Source: Alphaproteobacteria bacterium | GTDB taxonomy: Bacteria > Pseudomonadota > Alphaproteobacteria > Bin95 | DNA: 64,000 nt | Assembly (NCBI GenBank): GCA_964291285.2 | Contig: OZ219785.1 | Location: forward strand, 512,001-576,000 | Reading direction: 5' to 3' | Shown: positions 7,790 through 17,080 of the stretch, one piece after another | Layout of the letters: each line of letters begins with the position of its first letter | Numbering within the stretch: the stretch's first letter is position 1 | Notes under the pieces: model-generated | The model's database searches: none | Told to the model about the DNA's origin: nothing | The model's input: only the letters and a program-made list of their open reading frames with translations | Translations under genes and position numbers: made by a program

Positions 7790-9079
7790 CTATTCGGCGG
7801 CCTGGACCAGGTAGTCGTCCATGGGCGCCGTGCCGAGGCGCGGGTCCTTGTAGAGCGCGCCGTCCTTCATGATCATCGCGAGGTTGTCCCGGTCCTGAAC
7901 CAGCGAGACATCCTCGGTCGGGTCGCCGCGCACCAGCAGCAGGTCGGCGAGGTAGCCTTCCTTCACCCTGCCGAGCTCGCCCGCCATGCCCATCAGTTCC
8001 GCGCCGACGACCGTAGCGCATTTGAGCGCGTCCGCCGGCGAATAGCCGAACCAGCGCACGAAATGCTCGATGTCCCGCGCGTTCTGGCCCATCGGCGTCA
8101 TGGCGAAGCCGTAATCGCCGCCGACCACCACCCGGATGCCGCGCTTGCGGATCTCGTGATAGGTCTCGCAGGTCAGGTCGAACATGCGCAGGAGGCCGAG
8201 CGATTCCACGGTCGCGCGGTCCAGCCTGTATTTTTCGCCCTCGCGGGTGGAATTGTGCACGAGCCCGAAGGCCGGGCCGACAAAGGCCGTGTCCCTGACG
8301 CTCTCCAGCGCGTCGAGCGCCTCCTCGTCGGCATAGTCGCAGTGGTAGATGCACTCGATGCCGTGCCGGACCGCCATCATCACGCTCTTCGAGGAGCGGG
8401 CGTGGCAGGCCACCATCTTGCCGAAATCGCGCGCGACCCCGACAAGCGCCGCCACTTCGTCGTCATTGGTCGGCGTGACCTCGCCCCCGGCGAACGGCAC
8501 GAAATCGTCGCCGGAGAGGTTGATCTTGAGCTGGTCCACGCGGTCGCGGACGCATTCCCGCGCCACCTTGCGCATCTCCTCCGGGCCGTCGGCGACGAGC
8601 CCGAAGCTCTCCTGGTGGAGATGGCGCTGGCGCTCGTCGCCGAGCCCGGCCGTGGTCGTGATCTCCGGCGAGCCGGCGCGCATGCGGGGGCCGGCCAGCA
8701 TCCCCTCCTCGATGGCGTCGCGCGCATTGACGCCCAGCAGCGGCTTGGCCGAGGCCGCCTCGAAGATCGAGGTGAAGCCGTGCTCCAGAAGCAGCCGCAG
8801 GTTCTGCGCCGTCAGCAGCATGTGGCGTTCGGGGCCGATCCGGCCGAGGTCCGGCGGCGCCATGATGCCGGTGAAGCTCGGGTGGCAGTGGCCTTCTACC
8901 ATGCCCGGCATCAGCGTCATGCCGGCGCCGTCGATCCGCTCTTCCGGCAGGTCGCCGACCGGCTCTCCTGCGGGCGCCACCGCGGCGATACGGTTGCCCT
9001 CCACCACGACGGTTGCGGGGACGGGCGCGTCCGTCTCGCCGTCCCACACCTGCGCATCGGTTATCGCTATTCTCGACAT
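7790..9079 (-). CDS. Metal-dependent amidohydrolase family protein
   Basis: MPGMVEGHCH, VACHA, IYH, GGDYG, GYLADLLLVRGDP. Confidence 0.88.
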   Translation of the reverse strand: MSRIAITDAQVWDGETDAPVPATVVVEGNRIAAVAPAGEPVGDLPEERIDGAGMTLMPGMVEGHCHPSFTGIMAPPDLGRIGPERHMLLTAQNLRLLLEHGFTSIFEAASAKPLLGVNARDAIEEGMLAGPRMRAGSPEITTTAGLGDERQRHLHQESFGLVADGPEEMRKVARECVRDRVDQLKINLSGDDFVPFAGGEVTPTNDDEVAALVGVARDFGKMVACHARSSKSVMMAVRHGIECIYHCDYADEEALDALESVRDTAFVGPAFGLVHNSTREGEKYRLDRATVESLGLLRMFDLTCETYHEIRKRGIRVVVGGDYGFAMTPMGQNARDIEHFVRWFGYSPADALKCATVVGAELMGMAGELGRVKEGYLADLLLVRGDPTEDVSLVQDRDNLAMIMKDGALYKDPRLGTAPMDDYLVQAAE

Positions 9080-9197
9080 TGCCTCCTCCCTGCCTTGCCT
9101 GCCGGCCGCCCGCGCGGCGGCCGCACGACCCGACTCTGCCGGCCGCGCGCGGAGACCGCAATGCGCCGCCGGCCCGCAAAGGAGGGCGGTAGGCCGG

Positions 9198-9476
9198 CTA
9201 TCCGTCCGGCGCCATGCCGAGGGCGCTCTTGTAGAGGTCCAGCAGCGCCTCCTGTTCGGCGCGGTCGGCGCTGTCCATCTTCCGGAGCCGCACGATCTGG
9301 CGCATGGTCTTCACATCGAAGCCGTGCGCCTTCGCCTCGGCATAGACTTCGCGGATATCGGCCATGAGCGCGGCCTTCTCGTCCTCCAGCCGCTCGACGC
9401 GCTCGACGAAGGCGCGCAACTGTCCGGCGGTCACCCCGCCGGCCTCGCGTTGCGGCGCCCCTGCTCCGCCGGCCAT
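9198..9476 (-). CDS. gapR: DUF2312 / GapR-like nucleoid-associated protein
   Basis: QLRAFVERVERLEDEK...DIREVYAEAKAHGFDVK.MRQIVRLRK..LY. Confidence 0.85.
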   Translation of the reverse strand: MAGGAGAPQREAGGVTAGQLRAFVERVERLEDEKAALMADIREVYAEAKAHGFDVKTMRQIVRLRKMDSADRAEQEALLDLYKSALGMAPDG

Positions 9477-9488
9477 GTCCTGCACGGC

Positions 9489-9779
9489 TCAGTGCGCTTT
9501 CGACTGGAAGGCGGCCATCTGCTCCGGCGTCGCCTCCTTCTGGTGTTTCGCCTTGTAGTCGGCATAGGGCATGCCATAGACGATCTCGCGCGCCGCCTCG
9601 TAGTCCATGTCGAGGCCGCGCTCCTCGGCCGCCGCCCGGTACCATTTGGACAGGCAGTTGCGGCAGAAGCCGGCGAGGTTCATCAGGTCGATATTCTGAA
9701 CATCCGGGTTGTCGCGCAGATGCTGAACCAGGGTGCGGAAGGCGGCAGCCTCCAACTCGGTCGTTGTCTTGTCGGTCAT
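9489..9779 (-). CDS. DUF1244 domain protein
   Basis: ELEAAAFR.LV.HL...DVQNIDLMNLAGFCRNCLS.WY. Confidence 0.88.
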   Translation of the reverse strand: MTDKTTTELEAAAFRTLVQHLRDNPDVQNIDLMNLAGFCRNCLSKWYRAAAEERGLDMDYEAAREIVYGMPYADYKAKHQKEATPEQMAAFQSKAH

Positions 9780-9832
9780 CGGTCTCGCTACTCAATCGCC
9801 AGGAAACGGGGTCGCGGCTAAACTAGCCGATC

Positions 9833-11044
9833 ATGCAGCCGGAATCGATCCTCCGCCGGGCGTTCGAACGCGCGGTCGCGCGCGCCGACCCGGCGCTGTC
9901 GCTCGCCCCGCACCTCCCCGAACCGCCGGCGGGGCGCACGTTCGTGGCAGCGGCCGGTAAGGCGGCGGCGTCGATGGCGGCCGCGTTCGAGGCGGCGTGG
10001 CCGGGCCCGCTGGAGGGCGTCGCCGTCACCCGGTATGGCCATGGCGCCCCCTGCGAGCGGGTCGAGGTTGTAGAGGCCGGACACCCGATGCCGGACGCCG
10101 CCGGACGCAGGGCCGCGATGCGGATTCTGGAAGCGGCACGCAGTCTCGGGCCGGACGACCTGTTCGTGTTCCTCGCCTCCGGCGGCGGTTCGGCGCTGCT
10201 GGCATTGCCGCTGCCGGGCATCCCCTTCGAGACCAAGCAGGCGATGACGGCCCGGCTGCTCGCATCGGGCGCCTCGATCCGCGAGATCAACACGGTGCGC
10301 AAGCATATGTCGGCGGTGAAAGGCGGGCGGCTGGCCGCGGCCGCCTTTCCGGCCCGGACCGTGACACTCGCCATATCCGACGTGCCGGGGGACAATCCCG
10401 CCACCATCGTGTCGGGCCCGACCGTGCCCGACCCGACGACGCTCGCCGATGCCGGGCGCGTGCTGGCGGCTTACGGGATCGAGCCGGTGGCCGGGCTCGA
10501 GGAAACGCCGAAGCGGCTGGAGCGGTCCGAATTCCGCCTGGTCGCCACGCCCAGGGAGTGCCTGCTGGACGCCGCGCCGGACGGGCCGCCCGCCTGGCTG
10601 CTCTCGGACCGCATCGAGGGCGAGGCGCGCGAGGCGGGCAAGGTCATGGCCGGCATCGCGCTCCACGCCCGCGCCTTCGCCGCCCCGTTCCCGCCGCCCT
10701 GCCTGCTGCTTTCCGGCGGCGAGACGACCGTGACCGTGCGCGGCACGGGCAAGGGCGGGCGCAATCTGGAGTTCCTGCTGGGGCTCGCGCTCGCGCTCGA
10801 CGGCGCGCCCGGCATCCACGCCATCGCCTGCGACACGGACGGAATCGACGGCGCAAGCGACTGCGCGGGCGCGCTGCTCCGCCCGGACAGCCTCGCGCGG
10901 GCGCGGGCGCTCGGCCTCGATCCGGCGGAGCGCCTGCGCGAAAATGACGCCCATGCCATGTTCGCCGCGCTGGGAGACCTTATCGTCACGGGGCCGACAC
11001 GAACCAATGTCAACGATTTCCGCGCTATTCTGATCGAGCCATAG
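9833..11044 (+). CDS. Glycerate kinase type 2 (MOFRL/TtuD-like)
   Basis: AGKAAASM, AGHPMPD, SGGGSAL, VKGGRLA, ISDVPGD, GGETTV, GGRN.E, TGPTRTNVND. Confidence 0.9.
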   Translation: MQPESILRRAFERAVARADPALSLAPHLPEPPAGRTFVAAAGKAAASMAAAFEAAWPGPLEGVAVTRYGHGAPCERVEVVEAGHPMPDAAGRRAAMRILEAARSLGPDDLFVFLASGGGSALLALPLPGIPFETKQAMTARLLASGASIREINTVRKHMSAVKGGRLAAAAFPARTVTLAISDVPGDNPATIVSGPTVPDPTTLADAGRVLAAYGIEPVAGLEETPKRLERSEFRLVATPRECLLDAAPDGPPAWLLSDRIEGEAREAGKVMAGIALHARAFAAPFPPPCLLLSGGETTVTVRGTGKGGRNLEFLLGLALALDGAPGIHAIACDTDGIDGASDCAGALLRPDSLARARALGLDPAERLRENDAHAMFAALGDLIVTGPTRTNVNDFRAILIEP

Positions 11045-11055
11045 GGGAGAGGGCG

Positions 11056-12477
11056 ATGCGCCGCAAGCGGAGGGCCAAGATCGTCGCCACGCTCGGACCG
11101 GCGACCTCGAGCGCGGAGGCCATCGAGGAGCTGTTCGAGGCGGGGGTCGATGTGTTCCGCTTCAATTTCAGCCACGGGCAGCCCGAGGACCATGCGAGGC
11201 GACACCGTATCCTGCGCGAGCTGGAGCGCCATGCATTGCGGCCGATAGGCATCATGGCCGACATGCAGGGCCCGAAGCTCCGGGTCGGCGCCTTCGAGGG
11301 CGGGGGCGTCGAGCTGGAGGCGGGCCGGCGCTTCATGCTGGACCGTTCGGAGCGTCCCGGCACGGCCGCCCGCGCCTCCGTGCCCCACCCGGAGATCTTC
11401 TCGGCCGTGCGCGCGGGCGACGACATGCTGCTGGACGACGGGCGGCTCCGGCTGAAGGTGCTGTCCAAGTCCGAGGCGGCGCTGGAGACGCAGGTGGTGG
11501 ACGGCGGGCGCCTCAGCGACCGCAAGGGCATCAACCTGCCAGGCGTCGTGCTGCCGATCTCGCCGCTCACCGAAAAGGACCGCACGGACCTGCGCTTCGC
11601 GCTCGGGCTCGGCGTGGAATGGATCGCGCTCTCCTTCGTGCAGCGCCCGGAGGATGTCGCGGAGGCGCGCCGGTTGATCGGCAGCCGGGCTCATGTTCTC
11701 GTCAAGGTGGAGAAGCCCGCCGCGCTCGGTTGCATCGAGGAACTCGTCGCCGCCGCCGACGCGGTGATGGTGGCGCGCGGCGACCTCGGCGTCGAAATGC
11801 CGGCCGAAGAGGTGCCGATCGCGCAGAAGACGATCATCCGCACCTGCCGCGATGCGGGCAAGCCGGTGATCGTGGCGACACAGATGCTGGAATCGATGGT
11901 GCACGCGCCGGCGCCCACCCGCGCGGAGGTCTCGGATGTGGCGACGGCGGTCTATGACGGCGCCGACGCGGTGATGCTGTCGGCGGAGACCGCGGCCGGC
12001 GCCCATCCGGTGGCGGCGGTCGAGATCATGGGCCGGGTGATCGACCGGGTGGAGCGCGACCCGTCGCACCGGCGCATCGCGGCGGCCGAACAGCGCCCGC
12101 CAATGGCGACCTCGGCGGACGCCATCTCGGCCGCCGCCCACCAGGTGGCCGACACGATCGGCGCGGCCGCGATCGTGACCTACACCACGTCGGGCTCGAC
12201 GACGCTTCGCGCCGCCCGCGAGCGCCCGGAGCAGCCGATTCTGGGTGTGACTTCGGAGCTTGCCACCGCGCGGCGCCTCTCGCTCACCTGCGGCGTTCAC
12301 AGCGTGCATACGGCCGATGTGCGGGATTTCGACGAAATGGTGCGCAAGGCCGTCGCCGCCGCCGCGCTCGAAGATGTCGCCGGGCCGGGAGACACGGTGA
12401 TCATCACCGCGGGCGTGCCCTTCGGCACCCCCGGCGCCACAAATGTGCTGCGCATCGCCCGCATTCCGGCGGAATGA
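11056..12477 (+). CDS. pyk: Pyruvate kinase
   Basis: KIVATLGP, RFNFSHG, DMQGPKLR, MVARGDLGVE, ATQMLESM, PTRAEVSDV. Confidence 0.96.
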   Translation: MRRKRRAKIVATLGPATSSAEAIEELFEAGVDVFRFNFSHGQPEDHARRHRILRELERHALRPIGIMADMQGPKLRVGAFEGGGVELEAGRRFMLDRSERPGTAARASVPHPEIFSAVRAGDDMLLDDGRLRLKVLSKSEAALETQVVDGGRLSDRKGINLPGVVLPISPLTEKDRTDLRFALGLGVEWIALSFVQRPEDVAEARRLIGSRAHVLVKVEKPAALGCIEELVAAADAVMVARGDLGVEMPAEEVPIAQKTIIRTCRDAGKPVIVATQMLESMVHAPAPTRAEVSDVATAVYDGADAVMLSAETAAGAHPVAAVEIMGRVIDRVERDPSHRRIAAAEQRPPMATSADAISAAAHQVADTIGAAAIVTYTTSGSTTLRAARERPEQPILGVTSELATARRLSLTCGVHSVHTADVRDFDEMVRKAVAAAALEDVAGPGDTVIITAGVPFGTPGATNVLRIARIPAE

Positions 12478-12538
12478 CGATCCGGACCCGAGCCGCCGCC
12501 GGCGTGTATCCTGCACTCCGGGACCGGAGGAGCATGCC

Positions 12539-13825
12539 ATGTCCATGACGGAAACCGAGCACGTCTTCCGCTACACGCACGAGTTCTCGGACACGATCAT
12601 CGCCAGCGCCGGCGGGGCGGTAATCCGCGACCGCGAGGGGCGCGAGATCCTCGATTTCACCTCCGGGCAGATGAGCTCGATTCTCGGGCACGCGCATCCG
12701 GAGATCGTCGCGACGGTCAGGGACGGGATCGAGTGCCTGGACCATGTCCACAGCAGCTTTCTTTCCGACCCGGTCATCGGGCTCGCGAACGCGCTGAGCG
12801 GCCTGTTGCCCGACAAGCTCTCCAAGGTGCTGCCGCTCAGCACGGGCGGCGAGTCCAACGAGGCGGCGCTCAAGATGGCGAAGCTCGCGACGGGCCGCTA
12901 CGAAGTCGTCGCCTTCGACCGGTCCTGGCACGGGATCACCGGCGGCGCCGGATCGGCGACCTTCAACGGGGCGCGGCGGGGTTACGGGGCGCCGATGCCC
13001 GGCGTGCTGGCGTTGCCGACGCCTTATGCCTATCGCTCGCCCTTCGCGTCCAACGGGGACTATGACTGGCGCGCGGAGCTCGACTGGGGCTTCGGGATGG
13101 TGGACCGGCAGACGACCGGCAGCCTCGCCGCCATGATCCTGGAGCCGGTGCTGAGTTCGGGCGGCGTCATCGAGCTTCCGGAAGGCTATCCGGCCGCGCT
13201 CGCCGAACACTGCCGGGCGCGCGGCATGCTGCTCATCTACGACGAGGCGCAGACCGGCCTCGGACGCACCGGCGCCCGGTTCGCCTTCGAGCATGAGGGC
13301 GTGGTTCCCGACATCCTGACGCTCTCCAAGACGCTGGGCGCGGGCCTGCCGCTTTCCGCGACGGTCGCTTCGGCCGAGCTGGAAGAGGCGTGCTATGAGA
13401 ATGATTTCCTCTTCTACACCACTCACACCGCCGACCCGCTGCCGGCGGCGGTTGGAGCCAAGGTGGTGGAAATCCTGGTCCGCGACCGGCTCGAGGAGCG
13501 CGCCCGCGACCTCGGAGCCTACATGAAGGCCATCCTGCTCGACCTCCAGCAGCGCCATGAGTGCATCGGCGATGTGCGCGGCCGGGGCCTGCTGCTCGGC
13601 GTGGAACTGGTCGAGGACCGGCACAGCAAGACGCCTGCGAACAGTTTGGGCCACGAGGTCGGGCGGCGCTGCATCGAACTCGGCGCAAGCCTCAATATCG
13701 CCCGGCAGGCGAGCGCGCACATCTTCCGGATCGCGCCGCCGCTGACCGTGACCCGCGGCCAGATCGACACCGCCATGGACATCCTCGACCGGGCACTGAC
13801 GGAGTGCGCCGGACACGCTCCATAG
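12539..13825 (+). CDS. Class III PLP aminotransferase (dialkylglycine decarboxylase-like)
   Basis: LDFTSGQMSSILGH, STGGESNEAA, SWHG, DEAQTGLGRTG, TLSKTLGAG, FYTTH; GGAGG upstream. Confidence 0.88.
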   Translation: MSMTETEHVFRYTHEFSDTIIASAGGAVIRDREGREILDFTSGQMSSILGHAHPEIVATVRDGIECLDHVHSSFLSDPVIGLANALSGLLPDKLSKVLPLSTGGESNEAALKMAKLATGRYEVVAFDRSWHGITGGAGSATFNGARRGYGAPMPGVLALPTPYAYRSPFASNGDYDWRAELDWGFGMVDRQTTGSLAAMILEPVLSSGGVIELPEGYPAALAEHCRARGMLLIYDEAQTGLGRTGARFAFEHEGVVPDILTLSKTLGAGLPLSATVASAELEEACYENDFLFYTTHTADPLPAAVGAKVVEILVRDRLEERARDLGAYMKAILLDLQQRHECIGDVRGRGLLLGVELVEDRHSKTPANSLGHEVGRRCIELGASLNIARQASAHIFRIAPPLTVTRGQIDTAMDILDRALTECAGHAP

Positions 13826-13836
13826 GTATTTTTCAC

Positions 13837-13864
13837 TTGACATAATCCCTTTTTGTTCTATATT
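13837..13864 (+). promoter_or_regulatory. Sigma70-like promoter overlapping a degenerate alphaproteobacterial LexA box
   Basis: TTGACA-N16-TATATT with AATC-N7-GTTC in the spacer; same architecture as 43427-43459. Confidence 0.5.
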
Positions 13865-14116
13865 CCCCTCGACTCCCGAACGGAGCGAAGGGGCCATGAC
13901 CTGGAGCTGACAAGGCTGCCGCACGCCGCGCCAGCCGTATTTTCCCGCCTCTCCGCCGCGAACCGCACGCCCGGCGGCGACAGGGGGACGCTGCGCCCGG
14001 CGGCCGGTTTGCGTCGTTCGGATCGGTTCGACGGACGGTGGCGCGGCGATGCCGGGACGGCGCCCGGGCGGATCGTTCGGATTGGGTCGAATGGGCAAGG
14101 GCAGGAAGGACGGACG

Positions 14117-14560
14117 ATGGGGAAGGAATCGACGAACGGGCCGGCGCGCGCATGGCCGGTGCGAAAGCCGGGCGCCCCGGTCGGCGAGCACCTGCGGGGC
14201 GCGGCGGTGGCGGCCGTGCTGCAGGAGGGCATGAGCATCGCCGCGGCGGCGCGGCGGTTCGGGCTGGCGAAAAGCAGCCTCGGCCATTGGGTGAAGCGCT
14301 TTCGCGAACGCGGTCATGTGCGGGCCGACCCGATGGGCGGCCGCCCATCGCGGATCGAGCCGGAGCGCGAGCGCATTTTCCGCATCCTGGAGGCGCGGCC
14401 GGCGATTTCCAGCCGCGGGCTTCGCGATGCGCTGGCCGCCGAGGGGCTGGAGTTCGGCGCGGCCACGGTGCAGCGTTTCCTGAAGCGCCACGGCCTGCAG
14501 CGCGAAATCCGCCTCGCCCGCCTCCGCCGCAGGCGCAGGGGCGTGATCCGCTCGGGTTGA
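14117..14560 (+). CDS. Solo IS630-type HTH protein (transposase DNA-binding half, no DDE domain)
   Basis: LR.AAVAAV..GMSIAAAARRFG...WVKRFRERG.V...MGGRPSRI...TVQRFLKRHGL resembles IS630 ORF A; no DDE ORF follows; paralog of 43587-43952. Confidence 0.7.
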   Translation: MGKESTNGPARAWPVRKPGAPVGEHLRGAAVAAVLQEGMSIAAAARRFGLAKSSLGHWVKRFRERGHVRADPMGGRPSRIEPERERIFRILEARPAISSRGLRDALAAEGLEFGAATVQRFLKRHGLQREIRLARLRRRRRGVIRSG

Positions 14561-14691
14561 AACAGCCTCGTTCTCAAGGCTCCAATCCCCGCCTGCCTCT
14601 CAGCGCGACGGGCGTTTGCCGGGCGCCGCCCGCCAGCGGGGGAGGGGCTTCCAGACGGCCGGCGCCGCCATGTGCGTCCGGCGGGGGCGGC

Positions 14692-15546
14692 TCAGGCGCC
14701 GGGGTAGAGGCTTGCGATTTCCCGTTTCACGATTCCGGCCGCCTCAGACAGCGGCTCGGGCGCTTCCAGAAGCTGGATGACGGCGCGGCCCGGCGTTGCC
14801 AGCGCCGGAGAATGGGAAATGACCTTCATGTCCGCCGGGATGGTGCCTTCCGCCATGACCGCGACCGCGGCCCCGCAGGCGATGGCGCACCGGATGGCCT
14901 GTTCGTCGGCTCCGGTCAGAACCTCCCGAAAGGCCGTATTCCGGGACTTGAGCGCTGCAACCGCCGCCTCGCGCAACGGATAGCCCTCGGGATAGCCGGC
15001 AACCGGCACGACCGGCCAGTCGGCGACCGCAAACTCGGGCGCGGCCACCCAGTAAAGACGCGGCCGGGACAGTTTCGCCGCCAGAGGCAGCTCGTCAAGC
15101 GTCATTACCACAGCGAGGTCGAGACGGCCCGCCTGGAGGTCCTGGCGAAGCGCCGCGCTCCCGCCGCAGTGAATGTTGACCTCCAGCGCGCTGTAATCGC
15201 CCCTCATCCGCCTGATGAACTCCGGAAGCAGGGACGAGCAGCAGTCTTCGGCGACGCCAAGCCGAACGGTGCCCGCAATGAGCTTCGAACTCGCCCGCTC
15301 GAGCAGCCTGTCATGGAGGCCCACCATCGCCTCGGCGCCGGGCAGCAGGTCCCGCCCGGCGTCCGTAAGCCGGACATCGGCGCGGTTCCGCTCGAAAAGG
15401 CGCATGCCGACCTGCTCTTCGAGAGTCCGGATGCGCAGCGACATCGTTCCCTGAGAGCAACCGAGCAGTTCCGCCGCAATAGAGAAGCTGCGCTCGGCGG
15501 CGACGGTCAGGAACGACCTCAGGAGCCTTGTGTCGATATCGGCCAT
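14692..15546 (-). CDS. LysR-family transcriptional regulator
   Basis: DTRLLRSF.TVA..RSFS.AA...SQGTMS.RIR.LE HTH plus substrate-binding domain. Confidence 0.92.
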   Translation of the reverse strand: MADIDTRLLRSFLTVAAERSFSIAAELLGCSQGTMSLRIRTLEEQVGMRLFERNRADVRLTDAGRDLLPGAEAMVGLHDRLLERASSKLIAGTVRLGVAEDCCSSLLPEFIRRMRGDYSALEVNIHCGGSAALRQDLQAGRLDLAVVMTLDELPLAAKLSRPRLYWVAAPEFAVADWPVVPVAGYPEGYPLREAAVAALKSRNTAFREVLTGADEQAIRCAIACGAAVAVMAEGTIPADMKVISHSPALATPGRAVIQLLEAPEPLSEAAGIVKREIASLYPGA

Positions 15547-15559
15547 GAATTTCCATATT

Positions 15560-15578
15560 ACTAATATACAATATTAGT
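15560..15578. promoter_or_regulatory. Palindromic operator-like site upstream of LysR
   Basis: ACTAATAT-ACA-ATATTAGT perfect 8-bp inverted repeat. Confidence 0.45.
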
Positions 15579-15734
15579 CAATCTGGTCCTTATGTCGCGC
15601 CCCCCTGCCGTTGGCTCCTTTTGCGCCTCGCGCTGCAATCGAACGCGCGCCAGCGCCTGCAGGCGTGTATCGACCTGCGGGAACAGCCCGCTCAACCGGA
15701 GAATTTCAAGTGGCGCCTTGCGCTGACGGCGGCG

Positions 15735-16622
15735 CTACACCGCCTCTGCCATCGGGGAAACCCGGCTGTCCCACTCCCGGTAGATGTCGATAATCTTCCG
15801 TTTGACCATTTCGATCGCTTCGGAGTGCGGCGCCGGTCTCTCCAGCAACTGGATGAAGGCCTTGCCGAGCGGCGGAAGGGTTGCGCGCGGGAGAAGCACC
15901 TTGAACGTGTCCGGAATGGTTCCCTCCGCCATGACGGTGATGGCTATTCCGGCTGCGACGGCGACCTTCACGGCCTGCTCGTCGGAATTCCGAAAAATTT
16001 CCCGGCTGGCGATCCCGTGACGACTCAGTTCGGCGATTCCCGCGGCCCGGAAGAGGCTGCCCTTCTCGCCCCAGGCCACCGGAACCGGCGCCTCGCTGTC
16101 AAGCCGGAAATCGGGAGATGCGACCCAGTGCAGTTGCGGGCGCTGCAGAACCAGCGCCGAGGGCTCCTCGCGCGGCAGGGAGACGATGGCGAGGTCCAGC
16201 AAGCGCGCCTCGACCATATGCCCAAGGCGCTCGCTTGGTTCGCACCGGACATCCAGATCCATCGACGGGTGCTTCTCGGCCGCGTATTTCAGAAGCTCGG
16301 GGAGAAGCGAGACGGCGCAGGCCTCTTCGATTCCAAGACGAACCTGGCCATAAACGGGTCCCGACTGCAGACGCCCGACCATCCGGTCGTGCATGTCCAC
16401 CAACGCCCGGATTTCCGGCAGCAGCCGGTGTCCCTCGGCCGTCAGAGTCACATTATGGGGGCTTCGGTGAAGTAAACGGACGCCGAGTTTTTCTTCCAGC
16501 GCGCGTATGTGCAGCGACATGGTCGCCTGGGAGTATTCCAGCCGTCGGGCGGCTGTCGAGAAGCTCTGCTCCGCGGCGACGCAGAGGAAAGAGCGGAAGA
16601 GCTTGGTATCAATATCGATCAT
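15735..16622 (-). CDS. LysR-family transcriptional regulator (paralog of 14692-15546)
   Basis: MIDIDTKLFRSFL.VAAEQSFS.AA...SQATMS; clearly homologous to its neighbour. Confidence 0.92.
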   Translation of the reverse strand: MIDIDTKLFRSFLCVAAEQSFSTAARRLEYSQATMSLHIRALEEKLGVRLLHRSPHNVTLTAEGHRLLPEIRALVDMHDRMVGRLQSGPVYGQVRLGIEEACAVSLLPELLKYAAEKHPSMDLDVRCEPSERLGHMVEARLLDLAIVSLPREEPSALVLQRPQLHWVASPDFRLDSEAPVPVAWGEKGSLFRAAGIAELSRHGIASREIFRNSDEQAVKVAVAAGIAITVMAEGTIPDTFKVLLPRATLPPLGKAFIQLLERPAPHSEAIEMVKRKIIDIYREWDSRVSPMAEAV

Positions 16623-16886
16623 GTCGTGACCTGCATCCCGTCCGCGCTCGACACGCGCCGGGTAACCGTAACGCATCTTATGCAGGATAAGTGTAAAATA
16701 AGCGTGTGGATGCCAGAATTTCGGTATTATTTCCGTAAAGATCAGCCCGCGACAGAGGCACGGCCCCCGCTCCGCACCACCCCGGACCCCGGCGGTAGAG
16801 CTTGTTCTCCACCGGCTGCGGCGGACGCGGATGCCGGGAGATGGACCCCGGAGGATCGGAGGGCGCGGCGTTTGCGATCCTCCATT

Positions 16887-16986
16887 CCCTCAGCCCGAGC
16901 AGCCGCGAAGCGGCGTATCGAGGGGCCGGACGTGGCGGCGCGATCCTTCGATATGCCCGCCGGAGGCGGGCTACTCAGGATGAGGG
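16887..16986. repeat. REP-like palindromic intergenic element
   Basis: CCCTCAGCCCGAG...GCCGCGAAGCGGC.TATCGA...TCCTTCGATA...CTCAGGATGAGGG resembles the CCTCATCCTGAG...CTCAGGATGAGG intergenic repeats of alphaproteobacteria. Confidence 0.6.
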
Positions 16987-17080
16987 GACAGAAGGTCGGG
17001 ACGCCCGGCGTCGAACCGGGCCTCGCTTCCACCAACCCCTCCGGAACCCGGTTGAATCCGGGTCGTGCGCCCCGCCGGGC

